Part shown: positions 48,912 to 61,200 of the stretch, piece by piece | How the letters are laid out: each line of letters opens with the position of its first letter | How positions within the stretch are numbered: the first letter of the stretch is position 1 | Source: Squalus acanthias | Lineage: Eukaryota | Length of the DNA: 64,000 nucleotides | NCBI GenBank assembly: GCA_030390025.1 | Contig: CM059438.1 | Span: 52,888,001 to 52,952,000 of the forward strand | Direction of reading: 5' to 3' | Made by a program: the position numbers and the translations under genes | The notes under the pieces: model-generated | The model's input: only the letters and a program-made list of their open reading frames with translations | Told to the model about the DNA's origin: nothing | Databases searched by the model: none

Positions 48912-51745
48912 TCATGTCCAAATTCCTGCCCGCTCCCCGTAACCCTTAATTCCCTTTACTTCTAGGAAACTGTCTATTTCTGTTTTAAATTTATGTAATG
49001 ATGTAGCTTCTACAGCTTTTTGGGGCAGCATATTCCATGGACCTACCACCCTCTGAGTGAAGTAGTTCCTTCTCATCTCAGTTTTGAAAGAGCAGCCCCT
49101 TATTCTAAGACTATGCCCCCTAGTTCTAGTTTCACCCATCATCGGGAACATCCTCCCCGCATCCACCCGATCCAACCCCTTCACAATCTTATATGTTTCA
49201 ATAAGATCGCCTCTCATTCTTCTGAACTCCAATGAGTAGAGTCCCAATCTACCCAACCTCTCCTCATATGTCCATCCCCTCATCCCCGGGATTAACTGAG
49301 TGAACCTTCTTTGTACTGACTCGAGAGCAAGTATGTCTTTTCTTAAGTATGGACACCAAAACTGTATGCAGTATTCCAGGTGCGGTCTCACCAATACCTT
49401 GTACAACTGAAGCAATACCTCCCTATTTTTATATTCTATCCCCCTAGCAATGAAAGCCAACATTCCATTGGCCTTCTTAATCACTTGCTGCACCTGCATA
49501 CTAACCTTTTGAGTTTCGTGCACCAGGAGCCCCAGATCCCTTTTGTACTTCAGTACTTTCCAGTTTCTTGCCATTAAGATAATAACTTGCTCTACTATTT
49601 TTCCTGCCAAAGTGCATAACCTCACACTTTCCAGTATTGTATTCCATCTGCCAAATCTCTGCCCACTTACTTAGCCTGTCTATGTCCCCTTGCAGATTTT
49701 TTATGTCCTCCTCACTCACTACTTTCCCTCCCATCTTAGTATCATCTGCAAACTTTGATATGTTACACTCGGTCCCCTCCTCCAAATCATTAATATAGAT
49801 TGTAAAGAGTTGGGGACCCAGCACTGACCCCTGCAGAACACCACTAGTTACTGATTGCCAGTCTGAGAATGAACCATTTATCCCAACTCTCTGCCTTCTG
49901 TTAGATAGCCAATCCTCTATCCATGCCAGAATATTACCCCCAATCCCGTGATTTTTTATCTTAAGCAATAATCTTTTGTGTGGCACCTTGTCAAATGCCT
50001 TTTGGAAGTCTAAATACACCACATCCACTGGTTCCCCTTTATCCACCCTGTATGTTACTTCCTCAAAGAACATCAGCAAATTTGTCAAACATGACTTCCC
50101 CTTCATAAAACCATGCTGACTTTGTCCTATTAAATTATGATTATCCAAATGTCCCATTACTGTCTCCTTAATAATGGACTCCAAAATTTTACCTACCACA
50201 GATGTTAGGCTAACCGGTCTATAGTTTTCAGCCTTCTGTCTACTGCCCTTTTTAAATAAGGGTGTTACATTAGCAGTTTTCCAGTCTGCCGGGATCTTTG
50301 CTGAGTCCAGGGAGTTTTGGAAAATTATTACCAATGCATCCACAATCCCTACCGCCACTTCCCTCAAGACCCTAGGATGTAAGCCATCAGGTCCAGGTGA
50401 TTTATCCGCCTTGAGTCCCATTATTTTACCGAGTACCACTTTCTTAGTGATTTTGATCGTGTTTAGCTCCTCCCCCCGTATAGCCCCCTGTTTGTCCAGT
50501 GTTGGGATATTCTTAGTGTCCTCTACTGTAAAGACTGATACAAAATATTCATTCAGTGTATTTGCCATCTTCATATTTCCCACCATTAATTTCCCGGTCT
50601 CATCCTCTAAGGGACCAACATTTACTTTAGCCACCCTTTTTCTTTTTATATAACTATAAAAACTCTTACTATCTGTTTTTATATTTTTTGCTAATTTACT
50701 TTCATAATCTATCTTCCCTTTCTTAATCAATCTTTTTGTTATTTTTTGCTGTCTTTTATAGTTTTCCCAATCCTCTATCCTCCCACTAGATTTGGCTACC
50801 TTATAAGCCCTTGTTTTTAGTCGAATACTATCCTTAATTTCTTTACTTAGCCACGGATGACTGTCTTTTCTTTTACACCCTTTTCTTCTCAGTGGAATAT
50901 ATTTTATTTGGAAGTTGTAAAACAACTCCTTAAATGTACACCACTGATCATGTATCATCTTACCCTTTAATCTATTTTCCCAATCCACTCTACTCAATTC
51001 CGCTCGCATACCTTCATAGTCTCCTTTATTCAAGCTTAGCACGCTTGCTTGAGATCCAACCTTCTCACCCTCTAATTGAATATGGAATTCAACCATGTTA
51101 TGGTCACTCATTCCAAGGGGATCCTTTACTAGGACATTTTTAATTAATCCTGTCTCGTTACACAGGACCAGATCTAAGGTTGCTTGCCCCCTGGTCGGTT
51201 CAGTTACATACTGCTCAAGAAACCCATCCCTAATACACTCAATGAACTCATCCTCAAGGCAGCCCTGCCCAATTTGATTTGTCCAATTAATATGATAGTT
51301 AAAATCCCCCATAATTATAGATGCTCCCTTATTACAAGCCTCAACTATTTCCTGATTGATACTCCGTCCAACAGAGTTGCAACTGTTCGGAGGCCTATAG
51401 ACTACGCCCACTAGTGTTTTTTTCCCCTTATTATTCCTTATCTCCACCCAAACTGTTTCATTATCCTGATCTTTTGACCCAATATCATTTCTCTGTATTG
51501 CAGTGATTCCTTCCTTTATTAACATAGCCACCCCACCTCCCCTTCCTTCTGCCTGTCCTTCCTGATCGTTAAATAACCTGGTATGTTTAATTCCCAGGCA
51601 TTGTCACCCTGCAGCCATGTTTCTGTAATGGCCACAAGATCATACCCATATGTAGTTATTTGTGCCATTAACTCGTCTATTTTGTTACGAATGCTACGTG
51701 CATTCAGATAGAGAACTTTCAAATATGTTTTGTGACACTTAGTTC
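48912..51745 (-). pseudogene. CR1 ORF2 (APE endonuclease plus reverse transcriptase), two frameshifts
   Basis: Motifs YLNARS, ITETW, GDFN, SDH, DFQKAFD, QGSVLGP and FADD. Frameshifts near 51535 and 49575. The start is approximate. Confidence 0.88.
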
Positions 51746-51903
51746 CTGCTTTTGCCCTTTTTATTACTTTACCTTTTACTCCATACCTTCTGCCCCTTCC
51801 TGACACACTCTGGTTTTTAATTTCCCCACTGCTACCTAAGTCACTGACACCTTCTCTGTTGTCATTTTTATTATTTGCTCTCTAGGAACCTCCTCCCCAC
51901 TAG

Positions 51904-52857
51904 TTAGTTTAAAGCCCTCTCTACAGCCCTAGTTATATGATCCGCCAGGACTCTAGTCCCAGCACTGGCCAAGTGAAGCCCGTCCCAACGGAACAGCTCC
52001 CTCCTGCCCCAGTACTGGTGCCAGTGTCCCAGAAAGCAAAACCCATTTCTCCCACACCAGTCTTTGAGCCACTCATTTAACTCTCTAATTTTATTTGTCC
52101 TAGCCAAATTTGCTCGTGGCTCAGGTAATAATCCAGAGATTATTACCCTTGAGGTTCTGTTTTTTAATTTGACCCCTAGCTGCTCATACTCCTTTAACAG
52201 AACCGGCTTCCTTGTCCTATCTACGTCGTTTGTACCAACATGGACCACGACAACTGGATCCACCCCCTCCCACTGCAAGTTTCTTTCCAGCCCAGAGGAG
52301 ATGTGCTTAACCCTGGCACCGGGCAGGCAACACAGCCTACGGGACTCTCGCTCTCGGCTGCAGAGAACTCTATCTATCCCCCTAATAATACTATCCCCTA
52401 CCACTACAACATTTCTATTTACTCCCCCCTCTTGAATGGCCCCCCGTTCCACGGTGCTGTGGCCAGGTTGCTCATCCTCCCTGCAGTCGCTGCTCCTGTC
52501 CCCACAGGGAGTAAGAACCTCAAACCTGTTGGACAAGAGCAAGGGCTGCGGCTCCTCCAACACTACCTCCTGGATCCCCGTACCTGCCTCACTCGTAGTC
52601 ACACCGTCCTGTCCCTGACCATGGGCTACATCTGAATGAATTAACTTCATAGGTGTGACCACCTCCTGAAACACAGAGTCCAGGTACTTCTCCCCCTCCC
52701 TGATGTGTCGCAGTGTCTGAAGCTCAGACTCCAGCTCATCAACACGGAGCTGGAGTTCCTGTAGCAGCAGACACTTGTCACAGATGTAATCACCGTGAGC
52801 CTCAATGGGGTCCACCGGCTCCCACATCTCGCAACAGTAACACATCACCTGCTCCAT
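51904..52857 (-). CDS. CR1 ORF1 protein: zinc-finger/leucine zipper plus SGNH esterase domain (317 aa, open)
   Basis: CxxC..CxxC motif, heptad LQELQLRVDELESELQTL, and SGNH blocks GDS, PG, GTND and DGLH. Confidence 0.88.
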   Translation of the reverse strand: MEQVMCYCCEMWEPVDPIEAHGDYICDKCLLLQELQLRVDELESELQTLRHIREGEKYLDSVFQEVVTPMKLIHSDVAHGQGQDGVTTSEAGTGIQEVVLEEPQPLLLSNRFEVLTPCGDRSSDCREDEQPGHSTVERGAIQEGGVNRNVVVVGDSIIRGIDRVLCSRERESRRLCCLPGARVKHISSGLERNLQWEGVDPVVVVHVGTNDVDRTRKPVLLKEYEQLGVKLKNRTSRVIISGLLPEPRANLARTNKIRELNEWLKDWCGRNGFCFLGHWHQYWGRRELFRWDGLHLASAGTRVLADHITRAVERALN

Positions 52858-54289
52858 TCTATGTAATTAATTTTTTTTTTTATTGTTAGTTATGGACACT
52901 CTCTGCCCGATTATAGATGCTAGTATCCCCTCTAATTAATTGGATTTAAATTAAATCAATCCCTCTAAATTACACCAGTTAAATGGTTTACCAACAGTCA
53001 CTCTGCACCAGAAAGGCCTTATTAACTACAACCCACAGAGTTAAAGTTTGAAAAGAGCACCCTGCACCCCACTCACCCGAACTCACACTTACCCAAACTC
53101 AGCACTCTTTGCTGACTCGCACTCAGTGCTTGCTCACACTAGCACTGGTCTTTTTATACTGTTTGTTTGTTTACAGCCAACTGAGTCACCCCTGCTGATT
53201 GATTAGAAAACTGGTTACCACTGCCTGCTGTGCCAATTTACTCCTACTGCAGTGTAACCTTGTTTTACTCTTCTTAAACCAACAGAATCCCAAATATTTA
53301 ACTTTTCCCCTTCACTTAAACTGCTTAAGTACTCTTATCAAGAATGATTTAAAGAGAACTAACAATTAAAGGACTCTCACACTTACCCAAACTCAGCACT
53401 CTCTGCTGACTCACACTCAGTGCTTGCTCGCACTAGCACTGGTCTTTTTATACTGTTTGTTTGTTTACAGCCAAATGAGTCACCCCTGCTGATTGAGGTC
53501 ATTCAACTTCTTCCTGCACTGGGTGTGGGTCCTGGGGACCACAGTGCTGCCCATGATGTGGTGTGCTACCTCTCTCCAAATAGTGTGGCAGACTTGTGGC
53601 GAGCGCCTCCTGTCAGTTGGCGGGTACAGGACCGTCCAACTTCTCTCCATCGCGAAAACCAATGACTTCAGAGCTTCATCGGAGAACCTCCGGGCTCTCT
53701 ACCTGTGGCGACGATCTGCCATCAGGATTTGTACAAAACTCTTACTTCTCCTTGACCTTCTTATGGTTGTTGGGGCAGCTGCACACCCAACAATCCTGAC
53801 AATGAGGAGCTGCTGCATCAATGAACCTCCCCTTTAAGTAGTGAAAAAAGCCTGCGGTAATCATTACTTGCAATTACTCGGCCCCCGATATTGGTCCAGC
53901 TTTTCATTGTAACGCCAATGAGCATGAGTTTTTAGACTAGAATCATGACTACAGTCATTTTAATGAGTGAGCACAAATTTTGCGTGCATCCTAGATGATT
54001 TTCAGGTGGCGCAGCTTAACCTTTTTTAGTCTTAACACTGCCCATTTCTTGGCTATGACGAATTTCTAGCCCAGTGTGGCATTGACAGGAAAAGTGGCAG
54101 CTTTCAGATGAATTGGGAACTAGCTCTCATCAACATTTACTTAGAATAAGGAAACTGCAGCAACAGCAGAGTTAAACACTGAGAGAGGGAAAAGCAAATA
54201 CTGACAAAGATAAACCAAGAGAGAAAAATATAAAATACCACTAGAGGGAGAGGAAGATAATAAGGAGAGAAATGAGATCGGAAGAATAG

Positions 54290-54730
54290 AACTTATTTTT
54301 CTATGGTGCCTTATCACCAGTGTTCTCCCTAAGATGCGCGGCCGATCGTTATGTCCCGCGCAGGCCGCTCACGAGCTGCTGCCGCTGGAAGAGATACCAT
54401 GCATGTGCGAAAGGGCTTGCGCAGGGAAAAAAAATTAGAGGGAACATTGCTCATCACATCTTCAGGATTCCCAAAGTGCTTCACAATAGTGAATTTCTTT
54501 TAACATGCAGTCACTATTGTTATGTAGGCAAATGTAGCAACCGATTTGCACAGAACAAGATTCCACAAACAGCAAGTGAGATGAATGACTAGCTTTTCTG
54601 TTTTTTGGTGGTGTTGGCTGAAGGAGAAATATTGGTCAGGACACAGAGCCACGGGATCTTTTATGTCCACATGAAAAGGTAGAGGAGACCTCGGATTAAC
54701 ATTTCATTCAAAAGATGGAGGAGAGACAAT
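54290..54730 (-). mobile_element. Degenerate DeuSINE-like copy
   Basis: Diverged similarity to 55775-56218. Interrupted by the hAT-type MITE at 54318. Confidence 0.55.
54318..54449. mobile_element. 132-bp hAT-type MITE
   Basis: TIRs CAGTGTTCTCCCTAA / TTAGAGGGAACATTG (12/15). 8-bp TSD CTTATCAC / CTCATCAC. Confidence 0.78.
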
Positions 54731-55774
54731 GATAACCATATAAGTTTTGACAACTTTTTTTCAGACTTATCTGTACCTGCATTGAAAAAGGTCTGAGATG
54801 GTGGGGCCCAGGCCAAGAAAAGTTTAAAACAAGAGGCCCAGCCCAAAAGTGTTTGAGATGATAGGATCCAGCCTGAAAAGTTTTCAGAATCAGTGTACTA
54901 GAATGTTTAATGCTGATTGAAACAGTAATTGAGCAGAGTTCAGTATCTTGTCGAATGTAGGTAAATACAATAACTGATGCAACATGAAGGAATGGATTAT
55001 TCTGTAGATACACTGTGCAACATCAGTCATCAGACCATCTAAAAGAGTCATACCAAATAAACGTTTGTGGTTGATAAACAACAGCTGCATACTTACATGA
55101 AGATTTTCTTGTCTTGGATGAACAATACAACGGCAGACACACTGCTAAAGCACTGGTAGGAAGCAAGGAAATGAAAAGAACCTATCCTACAATATAAGAA
55201 ATACACAATCAGCCAACTTCATCTAGAATGTGCAATAACCATTACAAATGCATGTTATGGTGTAGAGCCTTGCCTGCTGGGAGTACTTATTGGGAAATCC
55301 TCTCTGCTCACATTTCCTGATATTTGCAACATTTATCTTTAGCCTAGCAAATATCTTGTAACATTCCTCAGTCAGCTGGAGGTTATGTAGGAAAAGGGAT
55401 GTTTGCAGTTGGATACCGGGGACACTGATTTATCAGCACTGGAGATGATGCTGGGATGTGGCAGTACAGGGATTGGTTCTCTGAGTCTAGCAATATTTGA
55501 GGTGGGCTCCCAGAGTCTGGAAGCCCCAGGGGTGGAGTTGCACGGTTATAAAAACATTGGAAATTGAGATTCCAGAAACACTGGGGAAGGTCCTAGGATC
55601 TGGGATCACATGGAGAGAGATCTTAGCATCTGTGGGCATTAGGCAGGGAGTTCTCAAAGTCTCAGAACAATGGGCATGGTTATGTGATCATGGGGTAATG
55701 GGAATGTGATATAGAGGTTTCTGAGCACTGAGGGAGTTGCAGGTTTTTGGAGTGGAGAGAAGAAAGTCTAAGAA

Positions 55775-56218
55775 AAGAAAGAAAGACTTGCATTTATATA
55801 GCGCCTTTCACGACCACCGGATGTCTCAAAGTGCTTTACAGCCAATGAAGTACTTTTGGAGTGTAGTCACTGTTGTAATATAGGAAACGCGGCAGCCAAT
55901 TTGCGCTCAGCAAGCTCCCACAAACAGCAATGTGATAATGGCCAGATAATCTGTTTTTTGTTATGTTGATTGAGCGATAAATATTGGCCATAACTCCCCT
56001 GCTCTTCTTTGAAATAGTGCCATGGGATCTTTTACATCCACCTGAGAGAGCAGACGGGGCCTCAGTTTAATGTCTCATCCTGACAGCATAATGACAACAC
56101 CTCCGACAGTGCAGCACTCCCTCAGCACTGCACTGAAGTGTCAGCCTAGATTTTTGTGCTTGAACCCACAACCTTCTGACTCAGAGGCAAGTGTGCTACC
56201 CACTGAGCCACAGCTGAC
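55775..56218 (-). mobile_element. tRNA-derived DeuSINE (SacSINE1-like) with L2-type tail
   Basis: The minus-strand head GTCAGCTGTGGCTCAGTGGGTAGCAC..GGTTCAAG has A and B boxes. Tail AAGGCGCTATATAAATGCAAGTCTTTCT. Confidence 0.75.
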
Positions 56219-56639
56219 AGGAGGGAGATCCTGAGGTACAGCAAGACTAAGAGGGGGTTTTAGAATACTGGGGACTACTGGCATCTAGCATTATTTTTCA
56301 TTTCTCTCTTTGATACTTTGTGCCCTCAGTCTCTACCACAACCTGTACTACTCCTCTTCCTTCCTACTCTACTGCTGCCATCCTAGACTTGAATTTTCCC
56401 TTGAATAAGCCTACAGCTATCCTCTGTGCCTCCCATGGCACTTTCTGAAGGGCCAACGAGACACCCGTTGCTGTCTACTTACCAGCAGCATCTGCAACTG
56501 CCCATTCTCGACTGTTGCCCCCCTTCCTGACTAGCACACCCGCTGGGAGCTTAACTTACCAACCTCCTTCCTGTCCCACTCACCCCATTCACCACTGACC
56601 CACTTGGACTCTGCCAGTGGATCAACAACCACTGGCCCT

Positions 56640-57051
56640 CTCTGCATTTCCCTCCAGAATTTCTATTCACTTACACACAAGACCCTTGTCATCTATTACC
56701 ATGTTGTTAATGATTATACTGGCATCCTGGGTTGACTGAAACTTGGTTCATGGGTGGTGACATCTTGCCCCTTACTGAAGCCTATCCACCTAGCTATACT
56801 TTCCAATATCTGCCTGCTCAAACCACCATGGTGACTGTATGGACCTTATCACCAAGTCACATCTTGGTATCTGCCTCTACTCTGCTGGTACCTTCTCCTC
56901 CTTTGAGCACCTCAACTTGTCCACCTCACCTGCTTCTCTTTTCAAATTCTCATTGTCTATCACAGCTCATCTAAGCCTCAACCCGAGTTTCTTCCTGAGA
57001 TATTCTCCATCCCTCAATCTCTGTACTGAGCGGCTCTTCATCCTCGGTGAT
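56640..57051 (+). mobile_element. Old L2-like LINE endonuclease fragment
   Basis: Degenerate LTETW..PPSYTF, SSFEHL and FILGD motifs. Confidence 0.55.
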
Positions 57052-57339
57052 AACATAGGAGTTGCTAGACGAAAAAAGACCAAGATCCATCTAGTTTGCC
57101 CTCTACCTGGTAGTCACATGATACAATGATAATGGAGTTGTTGACTAATCATAGCAATCAATTTCTATCTATTAGTCCACAACAGACCCAGACATGAAAA
57201 GCCCAATGGTTGAGAGCTTTGGTAACCATGGGGATGAAATTCAACTCGGGCGGGGACGCAAAATAGGCGGCATCATATCTGCCGCCAGTTATATGCCCTG
57301 CCCAATATTCAGTTCCATTGAAGTCACTGGAACTTTATT

Positions 57340-58541
57340 GGCCTGGAATTTGCGGTCAGCAACGAAGCAAAGGTGTTCACTGCTGGCCCCGAAGTACACT
57401 TTGCACAAGGATTTCGCAATCCCTGTGTCGAGAATTACGGGTTTTCCGACCTTCAATTCAAATCAACAAACTATAGTGGGGATCCCCTTGTGCATCAAAA
57501 GGCAGAATTCTCAGACAGCGAACAAGTGAGTAAGCTCTTAAAATTCTAAGGGGGAAAAATTGGGTTGCTTTGCACCTCCCGTTAGCGCCCCATATATTTT
57601 GGGCCGCCTGTCAGCACCTGCCCCCTTTCGCTTCCTCATGCGGGGTGCCGGCCGCGATCGGTCAGCCTGGCACTCCTCTCGAGTGCTGGGATGTTTTCCC
57701 AGCGTCCCGCTCCCCAGTGGTCCAGCAGGGGCCTAGCGCAGTGTGCACCGGGGCCCCTCCCCTTTAATCAGGGGAGGGAGGCGCATGGCTCTGTTGCACG
57801 TAGCACCGCGATATTGAATGGTATCGCCCCAGGAAGGAGGGGGAGCGCTTCCAGTAGCGCCCTGCCTCCTGCTTAGGGCGCTACCACTCAATTTACGGCA
57901 CAGGGCGCTAACTTTTTCAGGGCGCTAAAAGTAGCGAAGTTAGCGCCCCAAAGGGGGCATGACCGAATTTTTCTCCTCAAATTTTTAGAATAGTTAGAGA
58001 GAGCAAAAGAAAGATTGGGGCTCTCACATGGATAAAGGCAAACCTGAAATAAAGATGGACAAACTTTTAAAAAAAGTAACATTTTTAAAAAAGTTTCTTA
58101 AAAATTTTAATTTTTTATTAAAATGGACAAATTTCACACATCACAAAATTAAAATTAGTTTTCCAGGCCCTTAACACTTATTTAGCAATAATAACACTGT
58201 CAAAAACCCAGTTACACCTAATCCCTTTGGGTCTAACTTTTAGTGGGGAATTTGACAGTGCACTTACTGCGGAAGAGCCGAAGTTTTCGTCAGTTTCAAC
58301 GATTTGGCTGATTACACAGATTGCCGGCTCTGTGGTGAGGGGGGGAGGTGGGGTGGGGTGGGGGGGAGGGGTTGGTGGTGCACAGCGCAGCCTGTTTTGG
58401 AGCTGCCAATGACTGACCACAACTTCAGGATTTCCAGATGTGCCTGCGCATGCACCAAATCCTGAAGTTGCGGTCAGTTTCAAGGTGGAATGATGGCGAA
58501 CACTGCCAGTTCGCCGTCATCCCGACCCCAAATTCCAGGCC
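57340..58541. mobile_element. Harbinger-type MITE containing a second MITE
   Basis: Perfect 13-bp TIRs GGCCTGGAATTTG / CAAATTCCAGGCC. Flanks are ATT and AAT. Confidence 0.8.
57550..57977. mobile_element. Harbinger-type MITE (GGGGGAAAAATT family)
   Basis: The left end GGGGGAAAAATTGGGTTG..CCTCCCGTTAGCGCC resembles 18177. Right end AATTTTTCTCCT. Flanks are TAA and CAA. Confidence 0.75.
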
Positions 58542-58635
58542 AATAATGGACTGGATGTATAATGTGCCAAAGACACTTGTTCTTCTCAAGCATACTACAC
58601 TTACCACATGTCTTGTCTCAACTTAGTAATATACT

Positions 58636-59086
58636 GGCCCGTAATTTCCGATAGGAGGCTTCCTGCATGCGGATGCCTCCTATCAGAAAAAAATCTATGC
58701 ACTTACCTGAGGGCTCCTGAGGTCCGGACACTTCTGATCCTGGGCCTCTCCACAGTCAAAATGCGCAGGGCCCATGTATCCCAGGGGCGCATGCGGTTCG
58801 CAAGCGTCCCTGGGATCACGTGGGCCAGGCGAGCCAATGAAAGAAGGGAATCCTGTCAAAAGTATGAATGGGCATCACTGAAAAAAGAAACTAAAACATT
58901 AAATACATTTTTTTTAAATCACGTTTTTAAACTGCGTTAAAATTACATTAAATTAAATATTTTAAACAAAAATTTAATTTTTTGAAAAAAAATAATTAAA
59001 GTTTTTTAGGGGGCTAAAAATAAACTTACCTTTTTTTAAAGTATTTTTAAATTATAAATGAGTGAAAAAAATGTTTTAAACTCTTA
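58636..59086. mobile_element. Partial MITE related (in reverse) to 16732-17263, interrupted by the Harbinger at 59087
   Basis: Starts GGCCCGTAATTT. Shares the GGGATCACGTGG..CCAAT block and the AT-rich core. Confidence 0.6.
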
Positions 59087-59442
59087 GGGGGAGAAATTCG
59101 GTATCGCCCCATTTGGGGTGCTATTATCGGCCGGGCACAAAGTTTAGCGCCCGGTGCTAATTATTGCCTCCAACTGCAAAATTGGCCTCTATCTGGAAGT
59201 GATTTGAGCGCTAAATCAGGCGCTACACACCTCTCTTAAGGCGTTAACGTCGAGGATCGAGGCGCTACCTCAGAACGCTACCGAAGCTCAGGTGATGTCA
59301 GTTAGCAATGGAACACAGACAGACTGGCGACGGTCAGTTCTGAAAGGGGAGGGTCCATGTTGCTGGCCAGCCACACCCTGCTCATTGCAGCCTTGATTCT
59401 CGGCCTGGAGAGACCTCTAAAGCAATTGTGCTGTAACCACTA

Positions 59443-61200
59443 ATGGATAGGCCCAGGGAAAGAGCTCAGCGCTTCAGCGACCAGGCCTTGGTGGCTCTGG
59501 GTGGCGCTGTGGAGCGGCGACGGACACTGCTCTACCCACAGAGTGGCAGGAGGCCATTGCCCCATGAATACAGAAGAGTCTGGAGGGAGGTGGCTCAGCA
59601 CGTCTCCTCAAGAGCCTGGTGCCGAGGAGCCACACCCAATGTCGTAAGAAGTTCAACGACCTCACTCGGGTGGTGAGGGTGAGTGGCTGCTTTTCAATAC
59701 CTCTACATTCCTCCGTCTCAACTTCACTCTGTGCCCAGAGGGTTTAAAAACCCCAAATTCCCAACACTCATCCAAGACCTATGGCCATCTCATAAAACAC
59801 ACATGCACATTCCACACCTTGCATACATTAAGAGCTATTCAACTATGGGAGGCACATCAGGCAAGCACATGGCTGCATACATTAAGGGCTATTCAACTCT
59901 GGGAGGCACATCAGGGAAGCACATGGTTGCATATTCACTCAGACGCTATCCTTTTTCTTGCAGGCCAAGCTCTCTCATAACAGGCGGGAGCAGCAACACA
60001 CGGGAGGAGGACCGGCTGACCTATACACCCTCACTGATTTGGAGGCGCGCATGCACAGGATCGTTGCCAGCCAGGTCATAGGTGCCGTGGCCGCTGGAGA
60101 GGTCGACCCCCTTGGGAACAGCAACGGTATGTTCATCAGCTTTCTCTCCTCTCTCATTCCACTTGCCCCTCACAACACCAGCCTTTTATACTTTCAATCC
60201 AACTTACTACCTATCTCCAGTCCTTGCTCCCTTACTGCCCCCCTGTCCTCACGCTAAAGCCACTCTTGTACCTCCCTGCTTTCAGATAGTGAACCACCAG
60301 CTGACCAGCCTGTACCTCAAACTACCAGTGGCAGCCCCAGGCGAGGAGGAGCCCATTCCGACACTGGGACCACGCCTTCCCTGGAGGGGAGCAGGGTCTG
60401 ATGAGGGTGAAGCTCCTGGACCCAGCGGGCTGCAGCAACGCCAAGGGGGTAGGGAAGCTCGGGGGCCAGCTCACCGGTGGGTGAGTAGGCAAGCGGGTCC
60501 TGCTGCACATGACTCAGGTGAGGATTGCGCCATCGCGGCTATGAACAGCCAGGCCTTGAGCATGCACACTGAGCTCATGGGTGCAATGGCAAGGGTGCCC
60601 GAAAGCATGGATGGACTGGCTAGGAGTGTGGAGCAGTCCGCTGCAGCACAGGCCGACGCAATGCAATGGCTTAGTGCTGCAATTCAGTCATTGGCTGGTG
60701 CCATCCAGTCTCAGATTGATGTCACGCAAGCACTGACTGCTGCCATCCTCGCTGGGTCGGCCACATTGCTCCGTGGCTCTCACAGTGCCGCAGCAGGCCA
60801 GCAATCTGTGCTCGAGGAGATTGCTCCGGATGCTGAGGTACTGCCCCGTGGGAGTGCCAGTGCGTCAGTCGAGCAGGAAGGTGCTGTCCTCTCTCAGAAT
60901 GACAGCATTCCTGCTCCCACCACTGGCACTTCCCCATTGCACTTGCCACGGCCTGCAACACAGCCAGCCCAGACTGCTGCCGCCCATGCAGAGTTGGTGT
61001 AGTCTGCAGTCGGGCCCTCCAGGCCCAGAGTTGGTCGAGGGCATCCTTCAAGGGCATCTGCAGTCTCTGGAACTGACATTCAGCAGCCTTCCACCAGCCT
61101 TGCTGCAGCCACTGGGGCCCCATTACGGAGGAGCAGTAGGGTAGGAAGGGGGGAAGTGCGCAGGGGATGGAGATCACCCTCGAAGGACAAACAGTAGGAG
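59443..61200 (+). pseudogene. Harbinger Myb/SANT-like gene (copy 4), 3 exons
   Basis: Exons 59443-59678, 59964-60126 and 60286 to about 61200. Motifs RFSDQAL, VWREVAQHV, QCRKKFNDL and HNRREQQHTGGGP. Frameshift near 59610 and TAG at 61000-61002. Confidence 0.82.

Larger units (their letters stand above)
48691..53493 (-). mobile_element. Full-length-type young CR1 LINE
   Basis: Intact ORF1. ORF2 is in three long pieces (51519-51806, 49501-51531, 48912-49625). Flanked by TGAG. Confidence 0.93.
46014..53722 (-). pseudogene. Harbinger Myb/SANT-like gene (copy 3) with an insertion in each of its three exons
   Basis: Exon 1 (53722-53494 plus 48686-48673; IWREVA..RTHTQCRKKLNDL|TWVVR) is split by a CR1. 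Exon 2 from 48459 (NHREQERTGRG) is split by a SINE. Exon 3 (about 47880-46014) is split by a MITE. Confidence 0.78.
39747..54072 (+). mobile_element. PIF/Harbinger two-gene element (copy 3) expanded to 14.3 kb by nested CR1, SINE and MITE insertions
   Basis: Ends GGGGGAGAAAGTT and AATTTCTAGCCC are both flanked by AGT. Transposase and Myb exons are collinear once the inserts are removed. Confidence 0.72.

Noticed and set aside
59821..59933. 54-bp tandem duplication in Myb intron 1
   Set aside because: A simple local duplication with no sign of function.
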